Assembly (NCBI GenBank): GCA_046484325.1
Contig: JAWOJB010000024.1
Location: 26,008 to 90,007, forward strand
Reading direction: 5' to 3'
Source of the DNA: Acidimicrobiia bacterium
Lineage (GTDB): Bacteria > Actinomycetota > Acidimicrobiia > Spongiisociales > ZC4RG35
DNA length: 64,000 bases
In this document: positions 18,953 to 29,181 of the stretch, in pieces
Layout: every line of letters begins with the position of its first letter
Position numbering within the stretch: the first letter of the stretch is position 1
Translations under genes and position numbers: made by a program
Notes under the pieces: generated by a model
What the model was told of the DNA's origin: nothing
The model's database searches: none
What the model saw: only the letters and a program-made list of their open reading frames with translations

Positions 18953-20359
18953 ATGAAGCTGCGACTGCTGAGCCCACGCGACCTGGCGCGAACGCTCCGC
19001 GCCATGGCCACCCGCAGCCCCGACGAGGTCGAGGAGTACCTCGACCGTCACACCGAGGAGTGGTCGGCGCTCGCCGAGTCGATGCCCGGCGAGGCGGCCG
19101 ACATCCTCGAGGCACTGAGCGAGGAGGCGGCGGGAGAGCTGATCGGTGAGCTCGACGTGGAGGAGGCCGTCGAGATCCTCGAAGAGCTCCGCCCGCGGCT
19201 GGCCGCCGGCGTCCTGGAGGAGCTCGCTCGCGACGAGGCCGCCGGGCTGCTGTCGGAGATGGAGCCCGAGGAGGCGGCCGACATCCTCGTGGAGATCGAG
19301 GACGACGAGGCCGTGGCCTCCCTCCTGGATCTGATGGAGGAGGGGGCGTCGGCCGCCACCCGACGGCTGCTCGCCTACGCGCCGGACTCGGCGGGCGGCC
19401 TCATGACCACCGAGGTCGCCGTCCTCCCGGTCGGTCTCACGGCCGGCGAGGCGATCGAGCGGATCCGGAGTCTCCACGAGGAGCTCGAGGATCTCTTCTA
19501 CGTCTACGTGGTCGACACCGACGATCGCCTGCTGGGAGTCCTCTCATTCCGCGACCTCGTGTTCGTGCGCCCCGGGGTGGGCCTCGGTGAGGCGATGGTC
19601 CCCGACCCGGTGACCGTCCGTCTCGACACCGACCGCGAGGAGGTCGCCGACCTCATCCAGCGCTACCACCTCTTCGGGGTCCCGGTGGTCGACGATGACC
19701 ACCGGCTGCTCGGCATGGTCACCCAGGAGTCGGTGATCGAGGCGGTGCAGGAGGAGGCGGTCGAGGACTTCGTCGCCGCGGTGGGAGCGGGTGCCGAAGA
19801 GACGGTCCACACGGGAATCCGGCGCTCGGTGAGGATGCGGCTGCCGTGGCTGCTGGTCAACCTCGCCCTTGCGCTGGTCGTGGCCCTCGTCATCGAGCAG
19901 CAGACGGGGGTGATCTCGCGCGAGCCGGTGCTGGCCGCTTTCATGCCGGTCGTTGCGTTGCTCGGGGGGAGCGGGGGATCACAGAGCCTGGCTGTCGTGA
20001 TCCGCAGCCTGGCCACGGGCGACATGCCGGCGTCCCGAACCTGGGAGGTGATCGGGCGGCAGTCGGTGGTAGGGGTGGTGGAGGGGGCGGTGCTGTCGGT
20101 GGCGGCGGCCGCCCTTGCGCACACTCTCCTGCGGGCGGGGGTGTTCGCCTCGAACTCGCCTCCGCTGGAGGTGGCGGTGGTGGTGGGTGTGGGTGTGCTC
20201 GCCAGCCTCAGCGTGGCGACGCTGGTGGGCACGGCCATTCCCCTCGGTCTCCGGAGGCTGGGGGCCGATCCGGCCCTGGCGTCGAGCATCTTCCTGACCC
20301 TCATCACCGACGTGGTCGGGTTCGGCGGTTTCCTGCTGGTGGGTGCCACCTTCCTGTGA
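18953..20359 (+). CDS. mgtE: magnesium transporter MgtE
   Basis: Acidic N-domain, CBS pair and C-terminal TM domain. Start MKLRLLSPRDL at 18953. Confidence 0.85.
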   Translation: MKLRLLSPRDLARTLRAMATRSPDEVEEYLDRHTEEWSALAESMPGEAADILEALSEEAAGELIGELDVEEAVEILEELRPRLAAGVLEELARDEAAGLLSEMEPEEAADILVEIEDDEAVASLLDLMEEGASAATRRLLAYAPDSAGGLMTTEVAVLPVGLTAGEAIERIRSLHEELEDLFYVYVVDTDDRLLGVLSFRDLVFVRPGVGLGEAMVPDPVTVRLDTDREEVADLIQRYHLFGVPVVDDDHRLLGMVTQESVIEAVQEEAVEDFVAAVGAGAEETVHTGIRRSVRMRLPWLLVNLALALVVALVIEQQTGVISREPVLAAFMPVVALLGGSGGSQSLAVVIRSLATGDMPASRTWEVIGRQSVVGVVEGAVLSVAAAALAHTLLRAGVFASNSPPLEVAVVVGVGVLASLSVATLVGTAIPLGLRRLGADPALASSIFLTLITDVVGFGGFLLVGATFL

Positions 20360-20362
20360 GGC

Positions 20363-20857
20363 TCACGAGCCGATGAGGAACTCCCCGGAGTCGGCGAATG
20401 GCCCCTGGAACCTGATGACCGAAGCCTCGACGAGGCTCACGAGCCAGTGCGTCTCGAGTGCCTGCTCGTCCTCCGCCGTCCGCTCGGCCTCCTCGGTGAG
20501 CAGGGCATCGGCCCCGGAGGCATCGTCGAAGACGTGCAGCTCCCAGAGCCCCGGCGTCGCCTCGTAGAGGTCGCGGACGAAGCCCTCGAGATCGGTGTCG
20601 GTGTAGCCGCCGGGGGGAACCACCACATACAGGGTCTCGCCGTCGGAGCTCGAGCTCCGGGCCACGATCTCGTACTCCGTCACCGGCTGTCCCGCCAGGG
20701 TCGTGGTCGTGTCGGCGCCGGAGGTCGTGGTCGTACCGCCGGCGGCGGTCGTGGTGGTCTCGGAGGGGACCGTGGTGGTCAGCTCGGGTTCGGCCGCGCG
20801 GTTGCAGGCGGCGAGGGCGAGGGCGACGAGGACGACGAGGGCGATGCGACGGGTCAT
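20363..20857 (-). CDS. hypothetical lipoprotein (Thr-rich linker)
   Basis: MTRRIALVVLVALALAACNR lipobox. The large ORF 20363..22702 upstream of this start is antisense junk. Confidence 0.6.
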   Translation of the reverse strand: MTRRIALVVLVALALAACNRAAEPELTTTVPSETTTTAAGGTTTTSGADTTTTLAGQPVTEYEIVARSSSSDGETLYVVVPPGGYTDTDLEGFVRDLYEATPGLWELHVFDDASGADALLTEEAERTAEDEQALETHWLVSLVEASVIRFQGPFADSGEFLIGS

Positions 20858-20935
20858 GGGTGGCTCCTGGCGTTCGGAGAGTTGGGACACATTCCCCCTT
20901 CCCCCGCCTGCCGTCGACGGGGTAGCCTGAATGGC

Positions 20936-22201
20936 ATGCCGGGGAGGGTAGTGGCGGCGGCGTGGTTGTCGATGGCCGTGCTCTTCCTGGCGTCCGTCCC
21001 TGCCACGGCCACCACCGAGTCGACGAAACCTCCGGCGCCGACGAGGTGCCCGCCGGTCACGCTCGCCGACCTCTTCCCGACCCCCGCTCCTCCCGAGGAC
21101 TTCGAGGCGGACGCAGAGACGGACGCGGAGGTGGAGGAGCCGGTGGCCCCCGACGACGGCACGCCGGCGGAGCCACCGCCACCGCCCTGCACCCCGTTCG
21201 TCTACCGGATGCTCTTCCCGCTCATCTCGTTCGGAGGCGGCGGGTGGTCGCCGTTCGGCGCACCTCGGGATGGCGGCGCCCGGGCCCATACCGGGGTCGA
21301 CCTGCCGGCTCCGAAGCTGGTGCCCGTGGTCGCCGTCGCCGACGGCATGATCGACTGGATCTCCCGGGACGAGACCCGGCGGGCCGGACAGGCGGTCGGA
21401 GTCCGGCATGTCGACGGGTGGCGCTCGATCTACGTGCATCTGAACAACGACACCGCCGGCACGAACGACGGCGCCGGGAACGGGATCCGGCCCGGCCTGG
21501 AGGTGGGAAGCCAGGTCGTGGCCGGCCAGGTCATCGGCTGGGTCGGCAACAGCGGCAACGCCGAGCCGGGCGATCCGCACCTCCACTTCGAGCTGCGGAC
21601 GCCGGGCAACGTGGCCGTCGACGCGCTGGCAAGCCTGCGGGCGGCGCTGCGGACGCCCCACCCGCTCCTGGGGTCGATCGAGCAACCGTTCTCGGGGGCC
21701 TACATCGACGACGACGGCCACGCTCTCGAGCACCTGTTCGACCTGGCGGTGAGCATCGGGCTCGACCTCGCCTGCGACGACTTCGGGCTGCAGGTCTGTC
21801 CCGACGAAATCGTGACCGGCACCGACGCCGTGAGATGGCTGTCGAACCGGTCCGACTCCGACCCCGAGGGAATCCTGCCCGCCTACCGAGTCCCCGAGGC
21901 GCCGCCGGTGGTCACCCCCGAGGCGGTGGCGGAGGCGAAGGACCCCGGATGCGGCATCCTCCGGTTCTGCTCGGACGAGCCGCTCACCCGGGCCGAGGCG
22001 GCGGCACTGGTGGCTGCGGTCTCGGGGGGCGATCGGTGGCCTTCGGCCGCCTACCTCGCCCTCCACGACCTGGGGCGCCTCGATACCTGCATCCCGGGCG
22101 TCGACGTCGGCAACCAGCCGATCAGCCGGGCGGGGTTCCTCGTGATGCTGCTCCGCTGGGAGGGCTACGTCACCTCGCCGCCCTGCTCGCTCGTCTCCTG
22201 A
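20936..22201 (+). CDS. M23 family metallopeptidase
   Basis: Signal peptide, HTGVDL and GNSGNAEPGDPHLHFE motifs. Confidence 0.8.
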   Translation: MPGRVVAAAWLSMAVLFLASVPATATTESTKPPAPTRCPPVTLADLFPTPAPPEDFEADAETDAEVEEPVAPDDGTPAEPPPPPCTPFVYRMLFPLISFGGGGWSPFGAPRDGGARAHTGVDLPAPKLVPVVAVADGMIDWISRDETRRAGQAVGVRHVDGWRSIYVHLNNDTAGTNDGAGNGIRPGLEVGSQVVAGQVIGWVGNSGNAEPGDPHLHFELRTPGNVAVDALASLRAALRTPHPLLGSIEQPFSGAYIDDDGHALEHLFDLAVSIGLDLACDDFGLQVCPDEIVTGTDAVRWLSNRSDSDPEGILPAYRVPEAPPVVTPEAVAEAKDPGCGILRFCSDEPLTRAEAAALVAAVSGGDRWPSAAYLALHDLGRLDTCIPGVDVGNQPISRAGFLVMLLRWEGYVTSPPCSLVS

Positions 22202-22995
22202 GCCACCCTCGCGTCGAAGGCTTCGCGAAGCGAGGCCGTGACCGGGCCGACCGGCCAGGTCCGCGCCCCGACTGCCACCACCGGGGCCACCTCTTTGACG
22301 GTCGACAGGCACAGGACCTCGTCGGCGGCTTCGAGCCGGTCCGGGCCGAACCTCCCTTCGACGGTGGTGATGCCGAGGCCGGCGGCCAGCTCGAGCACGA
22401 CGCGACGCGTGATGGAGTCGAGCACGTGCAGGTCGAGGCCCGGTGTCTCCACGACCCCGTCGCAGACCCAGGCCACCGAGAACGTCGGACCCTCGAGGAG
22501 CGTCCCGTTGTCGGCCACCAGCAGCGCATCGTCGAAGCCGGCGGCAAGCGCCTCCCGCCGAGCCGACATGTTCGGTGCATATGAGATCGTCTTCGCCCCG
22601 GCCAGCGCCCACGGCCGTCCGGCCGGGTGCCACGGGGCCGGGACCGGGAACAGGCGCACCTCCGGGGGCGACTCCGGGACCGGATGGTGGAGGATGAGGC
22701 ACCGGGATGGGTCCGATCGGCCGGGGACGTCCGAGCCGCGGGTCACGACGACCCGGACGATGCCGTCGCCGCCGGCGGCGGCGGCGGTGCGGACCCAGTC
22801 CGCCACCCCGTCGGGTGGTCGCAGGTCGAGGGCTGCCGCCGACCGGTGGAGCCGCGCCACGTGGGCGTCGACCGCGAACGCCACCCCCGAATAGCTGCGG
22901 ATGGCCTCGAAGCAGCCGTCCCCCCGCAGCACTGCCCCGTCGGCGACCGTGAGGGCGGGCTCAGGCGCCTCCACCCCGTCGATCCAGCACCGCAT
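22165..22995 (-). CDS. aminotransferase class IV (branched-chain/D-amino acid aminotransferase or aminodeoxychorismate lyase)
   Basis: PLP fold type IV pattern. Convergent 37-nt overlap with the M23 peptidase end. Confidence 0.7.
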   Translation of the reverse strand: MRCWIDGVEAPEPALTVADGAVLRGDGCFEAIRSYSGVAFAVDAHVARLHRSAAALDLRPPDGVADWVRTAAAAGGDGIVRVVVTRGSDVPGRSDPSRCLILHHPVPESPPEVRLFPVPAPWHPAGRPWALAGAKTISYAPNMSARREALAAGFDDALLVADNGTLLEGPTFSVAWVCDGVVETPGLDLHVLDSITRRVVLELAAGLGITTVEGRFGPDRLEAADEVLCLSTVKEVAPVVAVGARTWPVGPVTASLREAFDARVAQETSEQGGEVT

Positions 22996-23015
22996 GGGCC
23001 CACGCTACCCGGCGC

Positions 23016-24665
23016 TCACGGGCGGTACCGATTGGTGATCGGGAGCCGCCGATCCTTCCCGAAGGCCTTGGTCGTGATCTTCACGCCGGGCGCCGACTGC
23101 CTGCGCTTGTACTCGTTGCGGTCGACGAGCAGGGCGACTCGGTGCACGAGATCCTGGTCGAAGCCCGCGGCCACGATCTGGTCGACCCCCTGATCGTCTT
23201 CGATGTACCGCTCGAGCACCTGGTCGAGAAGCTCGTAGGGGGGGAGGGAATCGGAGTCCTTCTGGTTCGGCCGGAGCTCGGCCGACGGCGGCTTCTCGAT
23301 GCTGCTCCACGGGATCACCTCACCGTCCCGATTCCGCCACCGGGCCAGGTCGTACACCAGCGTCTTGAACACGTCCTTGAGGACGGCGTAGCCGCCGACC
23401 ATGTCGCCGTACAGGGTGGAGTACCCGGCGGCCATCTCGCTCTTGTTCCCGGTGGCAACGACGATCGGGCCATAGGCGTTCGAGATGGCCATCAGCACCG
23501 CCCCGCGCGCCCGTGCCTGGAGGTTCTCCTCGGCGAGTCCGGGCTCCCTCCCCGCGAACACTCCGGCCAGCGTGTCGAGGTAGGCCTGGAAGACCCCGTC
23601 GATGGATATGAGGTCGAGCCGGATGCCGAGGTGGGAGGCGAGGGCGCGGGCGTCGGCGACCGAGTGATCCGAGCTGTAGCGGGAGGGCATGCCTACGCCC
23701 CACACGTGCTCGGGCCCGAGGGCGTCGACGGCGATCACGGCGGTGAGAGCCGAATCGATGCCGCCCGACAGGCCGATCACGACGTCGCTGAAGCCGTTCT
23801 TGCGCACGTAGTCGCCGAGACCCACGACGAGGGCGCGGTACACCTCCTCGGGTTGATCGAGGAGCGGGGCCACCTCGCCCCCCGTCGCCGCCTCGCCGGC
23901 GAACGGCACGTCGACGACGAAGTGATCCTCTTCGAACTGCGGTGACCGGTGGAGGATGGTCCCGTCGGCGGAGACGACCAGGCTGGCGCCGTCGAACACC
24001 AGCTCGTCCTGCCCGCCGACCAGGTTGAGATAGACGAGCGGAACTCCGGCCGCCCGGGCCCGCTGGGCCAGCATCCGCTCGCGGTCGCTCGCCTTGCCCC
24101 GATGGAACGGGGAGGCATTGATGTTGAGGAGGATCCGGGCCCCGGCCCGCGCCTGGAGCGTGGGCGGCCCGTCCGGCAGCCAGATGTCCTCGCAGATCGA
24201 GACGCCCACGGGAGCCTGGCCGATCGTGAAGATCCGGTCGGGCTCGAGCCCGGCGGCGAAGTACCGGTCCTCGTCGAAGACCCCGTAGTTGGGGAGCAGC
24301 ACCTTGTGGTAGACCCCGATCACCTCCCCCCCGGTGATGACCGCGGCGGCGTTGGCGATCGGTCGGGTCACCGCGTCGTCGAACGCCCGGCCACCGGCGA
24401 TGGCCCGGTCGACGAAGCCCACCACCGAGGTGACCCGCCCGCTGCGCCGGGCGAGCCGGCCGACGGTGGCGATCGCCTCGTCGACGAACGACCGCCGGAG
24501 GACCAGGTCTTCCGGCGGGTATCCGGTGACGGCCAGCTCCGGGAGGAGCAGGACGTCGGCCTCGACCTCCTCGGCCCACGCCATCGCCTCGGCGATGCGC
24601 TCCTCGTTCCCGGAGAGATCACCCACCACCAGGTCGAGCTGGGCTCCGGCGACGCGTAGCGGCAT
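23016..24665 (-). CDS. nadE: NAD+ synthase (glutamine-hydrolysing)
   Basis: N-terminal nitrilase domain plus SGGIDS P-loop of the NAD synthetase domain. Confidence 0.9.
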   Translation of the reverse strand: MPLRVAGAQLDLVVGDLSGNEERIAEAMAWAEEVEADVLLLPELAVTGYPPEDLVLRRSFVDEAIATVGRLARRSGRVTSVVGFVDRAIAGGRAFDDAVTRPIANAAAVITGGEVIGVYHKVLLPNYGVFDEDRYFAAGLEPDRIFTIGQAPVGVSICEDIWLPDGPPTLQARAGARILLNINASPFHRGKASDRERMLAQRARAAGVPLVYLNLVGGQDELVFDGASLVVSADGTILHRSPQFEEDHFVVDVPFAGEAATGGEVAPLLDQPEEVYRALVVGLGDYVRKNGFSDVVIGLSGGIDSALTAVIAVDALGPEHVWGVGMPSRYSSDHSVADARALASHLGIRLDLISIDGVFQAYLDTLAGVFAGREPGLAEENLQARARGAVLMAISNAYGPIVVATGNKSEMAAGYSTLYGDMVGGYAVLKDVFKTLVYDLARWRNRDGEVIPWSSIEKPPSAELRPNQKDSDSLPPYELLDQVLERYIEDDQGVDQIVAAGFDQDLVHRVALLVDRNEYKRRQSAPGVKITTKAFGKDRRLPITNRYRP

Positions 24666-24674
24666 GCCGGGAGC

Positions 24675-25715
24675 TTACGAGAGCCCGGGGAGATGCCGGG
24701 CTCGCCAATCGTCGAGCTCGGCGAGCAGCCCGTCGACGACCGAGCGGTCGGCCCAGCTCGCCTCGATCGTCGCCCGCGCCAGCCGCATCACGGCGCCCCA
24801 CCCATAGCCGAGATACGACATGAGCGACTCGTACTCGCCGGCGAGGTCGCAGCCGAACATCACCGGGTCGTCGGTGTTGATCGTGACCACGGCCCCCGCG
24901 TCGATCAGCGTCCGCACCGGGTGGTCGTCCCACCTGGCTACCCCCGTGCGGACGTTGGAGGTGGGGCACACCTCGAGGGGGAGCCGGCGGGCCACGATCT
25001 CGGCCAGCAGGTCGGGGTCCTCCACAGCCCTCACCCCGTGCCCGATCCGCTCCACCCCCAGGTGGTCGATGGCGCTCCGCACGCTCGCGGGCCCGGCCGC
25101 CTCTCCGGCGTGGGCCGTGAGATGGAGCCCGGCCTCCCGGGCCCGCCGGTACACGGGAGCGAAGGGCCCGGGCGGGTGGCTCGGCTCCGACCCGCCGATG
25201 GTGATGCCGACCACCCCCGCCTCCTCGCGCACGGCCAGGATCTCCGAGAGGGTGACGGCGGCCCGCTCGGGGCCGGTGTCCCTCACCAGATCGGGGACCA
25301 GTGCCACCGTGACGCCCGGCACCCGGTCGAGACCCCGGCGCACGGCGAGCAGGAGCGGTCCCGTCTCGAGCCCGTGATGGCGGACGTCGGTCGGCGAGAC
25401 GAACACCTCGGCGTACCGGATCGACTGGCGGGCCAGTTCGGTGGCGACCGCCTCGGCCATGTGCTCGTAGTCGAGGTAGGTGGAGTGGAACCGAAGCTTC
25501 CAGACCCAGGTGTCGATGAAGTGGGCGAAGTCGGTGTAGGCGAACCGGCGGCGCAGATCGTCGGGGCTCTCGAGGCCGGGGCTCCCACCGTGGCGCTGCA
25601 CCATTCCCCAGAGGGCGTCGAGCGGGATCGCCCCCTCGAGGTGGAGGTGCAGCTCGGCCTTCGGCATCGTCTCGAGCAGGGAACGGGGGTCACCCCGACT
25701 AGCCTCGCCGCTCAT
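24675..25715 (-). CDS. add: adenosine deaminase
   Basis: PKAELHLHLEG and TINTDDP motifs. Start ambiguous (ATG at 25713-25715 or 25665-25667). Confidence 0.8.
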   Translation of the reverse strand: MSGEASRGDPRSLLETMPKAELHLHLEGAIPLDALWGMVQRHGGSPGLESPDDLRRRFAYTDFAHFIDTWVWKLRFHSTYLDYEHMAEAVATELARQSIRYAEVFVSPTDVRHHGLETGPLLLAVRRGLDRVPGVTVALVPDLVRDTGPERAAVTLSEILAVREEAGVVGITIGGSEPSHPPGPFAPVYRRAREAGLHLTAHAGEAAGPASVRSAIDHLGVERIGHGVRAVEDPDLLAEIVARRLPLEVCPTSNVRTGVARWDDHPVRTLIDAGAVVTINTDDPVMFGCDLAGEYESLMSYLGYGWGAVMRLARATIEASWADRSVVDGLLAELDDWRARHLPGLS

Positions 25716-26889
25716 GTTCGACCCCGCCGTCCTGAAGGCGGTGGCTGCCGGCGTCCTCCCCTCGGTGGTGGAGGCCCGGCGTGCCATCCACCGTCACCCC
25801 GAACTGGCACATCAGGAGTATCGCACCACCGAGCTGATCGCCGGTGCCCTGCGCGAGGCCGGCTTCTCCCCCCGGCTGCGCACGCCCAAGACCGGGCTCA
25901 CCCTCGACCTCGGTGAGTCCGGCAGGCGGGTGGTGTTCCGGTGCGACCTCGATGCCCTCCCCATCCATGAGTCGACCGGGCTCCCGTTCACCTCTGAGGT
26001 GCCAGGCGTGATGCACGCCTGCGGGCACGATGCCCACGCCGCCATCGGCCTGGGGGTGGCCCTCGGGCTGGGCAGGCTCGGCGGTCTGCCCGGCCGGGTC
26101 CGGGTGGTCTTCCAGCCCGCCGAGGAGACCTTCCCGGGCGGAGCGTACGAGATGCTCAAGGAGGGGGTCGTGCACGACGTGGATGCGGCCGTTGCCTTCC
26201 ACGTGGATCCCTCGCTCGATGTGGGGAGCGTGGGGCTGCTCGCCGGGCCCATCACGAGCTCGGCCGATCGCTTCTACATCACCTTGGAGGGTCCCGGCGG
26301 GCACACCGCCCGACCCCATCAGACGGTCGACCTGATCCACGCCGCCGGCCGGGTCGTCACCGGGCTGCCCTCCCTCGTCCATCTCCAGGTGGATGCCCGT
26401 TCGCCCCTGTCGCTCGTCTTCGGCCGTATCCAGGGTGGCACGGCCGACAACGTGATCCCGGTGTCGGTGGAGATGTCGGGGACCGCCCGGACCCTCGACC
26501 GGGATCTGTGGGAGCGGTTGCCGGGGATGCTGGAGCAGCTCGTCCACGACATCGTCCTCCCCACCGGCGCCAAGGCGGCGTTTCACTATCAGCGCGGCAT
26601 CCCGCCGGTGGTGAACGACCCCGGGGTCGTCGACGCGCTGCACCGGGCGGTAGGCGGCGTGCTCGGCCACCAGGCCGTGGCCGGGACCCACACCTCGATG
26701 GGTGCGGAGGATTTCGCCCGGTTCCTCGACGTGGTCCCGGGCGCCCTCATGCGGCTCGGGGCCCGGCCCGGGCTGCGCACCGTCGACCTGCACTCTTCGA
26801 CCTTCGACATCGACGAGGGCGCCCTGGAGGTCGGGGTCCTCGCCGGTATGGCCGCGGTGCTGGAGTTGCTGGTCGAGCCCCAGGTGTGA
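25714..26889 (+). CDS. M20 family amidohydrolase (N-acyl-L-amino acid amidohydrolase/hippuricase-like)
   Basis: ARRAIHRHPELAHQEYRT, MHACGHDAH and FQPAEE motifs. Confidence 0.8.
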   Translation: MFDPAVLKAVAAGVLPSVVEARRAIHRHPELAHQEYRTTELIAGALREAGFSPRLRTPKTGLTLDLGESGRRVVFRCDLDALPIHESTGLPFTSEVPGVMHACGHDAHAAIGLGVALGLGRLGGLPGRVRVVFQPAEETFPGGAYEMLKEGVVHDVDAAVAFHVDPSLDVGSVGLLAGPITSSADRFYITLEGPGGHTARPHQTVDLIHAAGRVVTGLPSLVHLQVDARSPLSLVFGRIQGGTADNVIPVSVEMSGTARTLDRDLWERLPGMLEQLVHDIVLPTGAKAAFHYQRGIPPVVNDPGVVDALHRAVGGVLGHQAVAGTHTSMGAEDFARFLDVVPGALMRLGARPGLRTVDLHSSTFDIDEGALEVGVLAGMAAVLELLVEPQV

Positions 26890-27043
26890 CGACCGGGGAG
26901 GGGCGAGGCCCCGGCACCGGCCGAGGCCGTGGACGAGGGCGGCCCAACCGCCGGGCGACGTCCACCACCCGGGGGTTAGGGCGGTGATCACGGAGCCCTG
27001 CAGGCCGAGACGGCGGGCCAGCATGGCGGCGTAGCGGATCCGG

Positions 27044-28063
27044 CTATCCGAGGACCCTGAATCCCTCCCCGGAGAGCGCCTCCCGGAGGCGGGTCACCTC
27101 GCCCGCCCGGACCGACAGGGTCAAGACACCCCCGCCGCCGTGGCTGGCGTGGCGGAGCTGGAGGTCGCGCAAGTCGACCGAGGCGACCGAGAGGGCGTGC
27201 CCGACCCTGGCGATCTCACCGGGCTGGTCCTCCAGGACCACCGAGACGGCGGCGACCGGGGCGGACATGGACGCCCGGACCCGCCGGGACTCCTCGAGCG
27301 CACCGACGATGGCGGGGCGGTCGGCACTCTCGACCCTCTCGGCCCAGCCGGTGAGGTCGCCGGCCAGGCGGCGGAGGGCCGAGGCCACCGCCTCCCGGTT
27401 CCCGATGAGCACGTCGCTCCACCAGCCCGGCTCGGACAGAGCCACCCTGGTGAGGTCCCGGAATCCCCCACCCGCCAGGTCGAGAGCCCCGGAGTGTCCG
27501 GCGATCCGGCTCGTGAGGGCGGCCGCCACCACATGGGGTAGATGGCTGATGAGCGCCACGGTGGCGTCGTGCTCCTCGGCGGTCATCTCGACCGGGGTCG
27601 CGCCGAGCGACGTCACGATGCCCCGCATCCGCTCGAGGTCCCCGGACCCGGCTCCGTCGACCGTGAGGATCCAGAGGGCCCCGCGAAAGAGGGATCCCGA
27701 CGCTCCGATCGGTCCCGAGGTCTCGCGCCCGGCCATCGGATGGCCGCCCACGAAGTGGGGGAGCCGTGCCCCGGCGGCGACGACGGGGGTCTTGACCCCG
27801 GCCACGTCGGTGACGAGGGCGTCGGTCTCCAGCCCCCCGAGCAGGTCGACCACCGCCTCGGCCGGTCCGGCGGCCACCACCAGGTCGGCACCCATCACCG
27901 CCTCGTCCGGGCCGGCTGTGCGGGAGTCCAGGGCCTGGAGGGACACGGCCCCGTCGAGGGCGGTGGGATCCGGGTCCCAACCGGCGACCCGCCAGCCGGC
28001 GAGCCGTAGCCCGATCGCGACCGAGGTGCCGATGAGCCCGGTGCCGAGGACCGCCGCCCTCAC
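27044..28063 (-). CDS. tyrA: prephenate dehydrogenase with C-terminal ACT domain
   Basis: Rossmann GTGLIGTS, GGHPMAG and C-terminal ACT regulatory domain. Confidence 0.85.
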   Translation of the reverse strand: MRAAVLGTGLIGTSVAIGLRLAGWRVAGWDPDPTALDGAVSLQALDSRTAGPDEAVMGADLVVAAGPAEAVVDLLGGLETDALVTDVAGVKTPVVAAGARLPHFVGGHPMAGRETSGPIGASGSLFRGALWILTVDGAGSGDLERMRGIVTSLGATPVEMTAEEHDATVALISHLPHVVAAALTSRIAGHSGALDLAGGGFRDLTRVALSEPGWWSDVLIGNREAVASALRRLAGDLTGWAERVESADRPAIVGALEESRRVRASMSAPVAAVSVVLEDQPGEIARVGHALSVASVDLRDLQLRHASHGGGGVLTLSVRAGEVTRLREALSGEGFRVLG

Positions 28064-28065
28064 GC

Positions 28066-29088
28066 TCAGATCGACCGGCCGACCGCCGCCGCCACCGCTC
28101 GCACCCGCTTCACCAGATCGGCGAACTCGGACGGCAACAGCGCCTGGGCGCCGTCGACCAGCGCCGTGTCGGGCGTGGGATGGACGTCGACCATGATGCC
28201 GTCGGCTCCGGCCGCCGCCGCTGCCAGGGCGAGCGGAGCGACCAGCTCACGCCGGCCCCCGGAGTGGGACGGGTCGACGAGCACCGGCAGGTGGGCGAGC
28301 TCCTTCAGGAGGGGGACCGCGGTGATGTCGAGGGTGTTGCGGGCCGCCGTCTCGAAGGTGCGGATGCCCCGCTCGACCAGGATCACGTGGTGGTTCCCCT
28401 CCTTGTACACGTACTCGGCGGCGTTGAGCCACTCCTCCAGCGTCGCCGTGAACCCGCGCTTGAGCTGGACGGGCTTGGGCTGGCGGCCGACCTCCTGGAG
28501 GAGGGTGAAGTTGGCCATGTTGCGGGTACCCACCCGGAGGATGTCGGCGTACGAGGCGACCAGCTCGACGTGGCGGGGGTCGAGCACCTCGGCCACGAAC
28601 GGGATGTCGAACGTCTCCCGGGCCTCGGCCAGCAGGCGGAGGCCCTCCTCGCCCAGACCCTGGAACGAGTAAGGGGAGGTGCGTGGCTTGAAGGCGTCGC
28701 CGCGCAGCACGGTGGCTCCCGCGGCCTTCACCGCCTCGGCGGTCCGGAAGAGCTGCTCGCGGCTCTCGACGGCACACGGCCCGGCGACGAAGGTGAATCC
28801 CCCGCCGCCGATGCGGGTGTTGCGCACGTCGATGACCGTGTCGACGGGTTGGAAATCGCGACTGACGAACTTGAAGGGCTTCAGCACCGGCACGGCCTTC
28901 TCGACGCCGGGCAACGCCTCCCACGGGATCTGCTGGATCCGCTCGCGGTCGCCTATGGCCCCGACGACCGTCTGGAACTGACCGGTCGACACGTGGGCTT
29001 CGCACCCGATGGAGCGCAGGCGCTCGACCACCGACTCGATGTCCTCGGCGGTGGCATCTGGACGCAGGACGATGATCATGGCGCTCAT
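28066..29088 (-). CDS. DAHP synthase type I-beta with N-terminal ferredoxin-like regulatory domain (Thermotoga AroG type)
   Basis: Start MSAMIIVLRPDATAEDIESVV at 29086-29088. The FL domain (KPFKFVSRDF) is followed by FVAGPCAVES and VDPSHSGG core. Confidence 0.85.
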   Translation of the reverse strand: MSAMIIVLRPDATAEDIESVVERLRSIGCEAHVSTGQFQTVVGAIGDRERIQQIPWEALPGVEKAVPVLKPFKFVSRDFQPVDTVIDVRNTRIGGGGFTFVAGPCAVESREQLFRTAEAVKAAGATVLRGDAFKPRTSPYSFQGLGEEGLRLLAEARETFDIPFVAEVLDPRHVELVASYADILRVGTRNMANFTLLQEVGRQPKPVQLKRGFTATLEEWLNAAEYVYKEGNHHVILVERGIRTFETAARNTLDITAVPLLKELAHLPVLVDPSHSGGRRELVAPLALAAAAAGADGIMVDVHPTPDTALVDGAQALLPSEFADLVKRVRAVAAAVGRSI

Positions 29089-29145
29089 CCTCGGGACCCC
29101 TGGAGCCGGCATGTTACGCCTGGTCCGGGGGCCGAATCTCCGCGC

Positions 29146-29174
29146 TTGCAATTGCTAGCGTTTTGCTGTAGCTT
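29146..29174 (+). promoter_or_regulatory. sigma70-like promoter with extended -10 driving a leaderless transcript
   Basis: TTGCAA (29146-29151), 17-nt spacer, TG-TAGCTT (29167-29174). Predicted TSS about 29181, the GTG start at 29182. Palindromes CAATTG and GCTAGC inside the promoter. Confidence 0.45.
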
Positions 29175-29181
29175 GTGGCTA

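Noticed and set aside
20363-22702. 779-aa minus-strand ORF
   Set aside because: Only the last 164 codons (the lipoprotein) are real. The rest is antisense to the M23 peptidase and aminotransferase.
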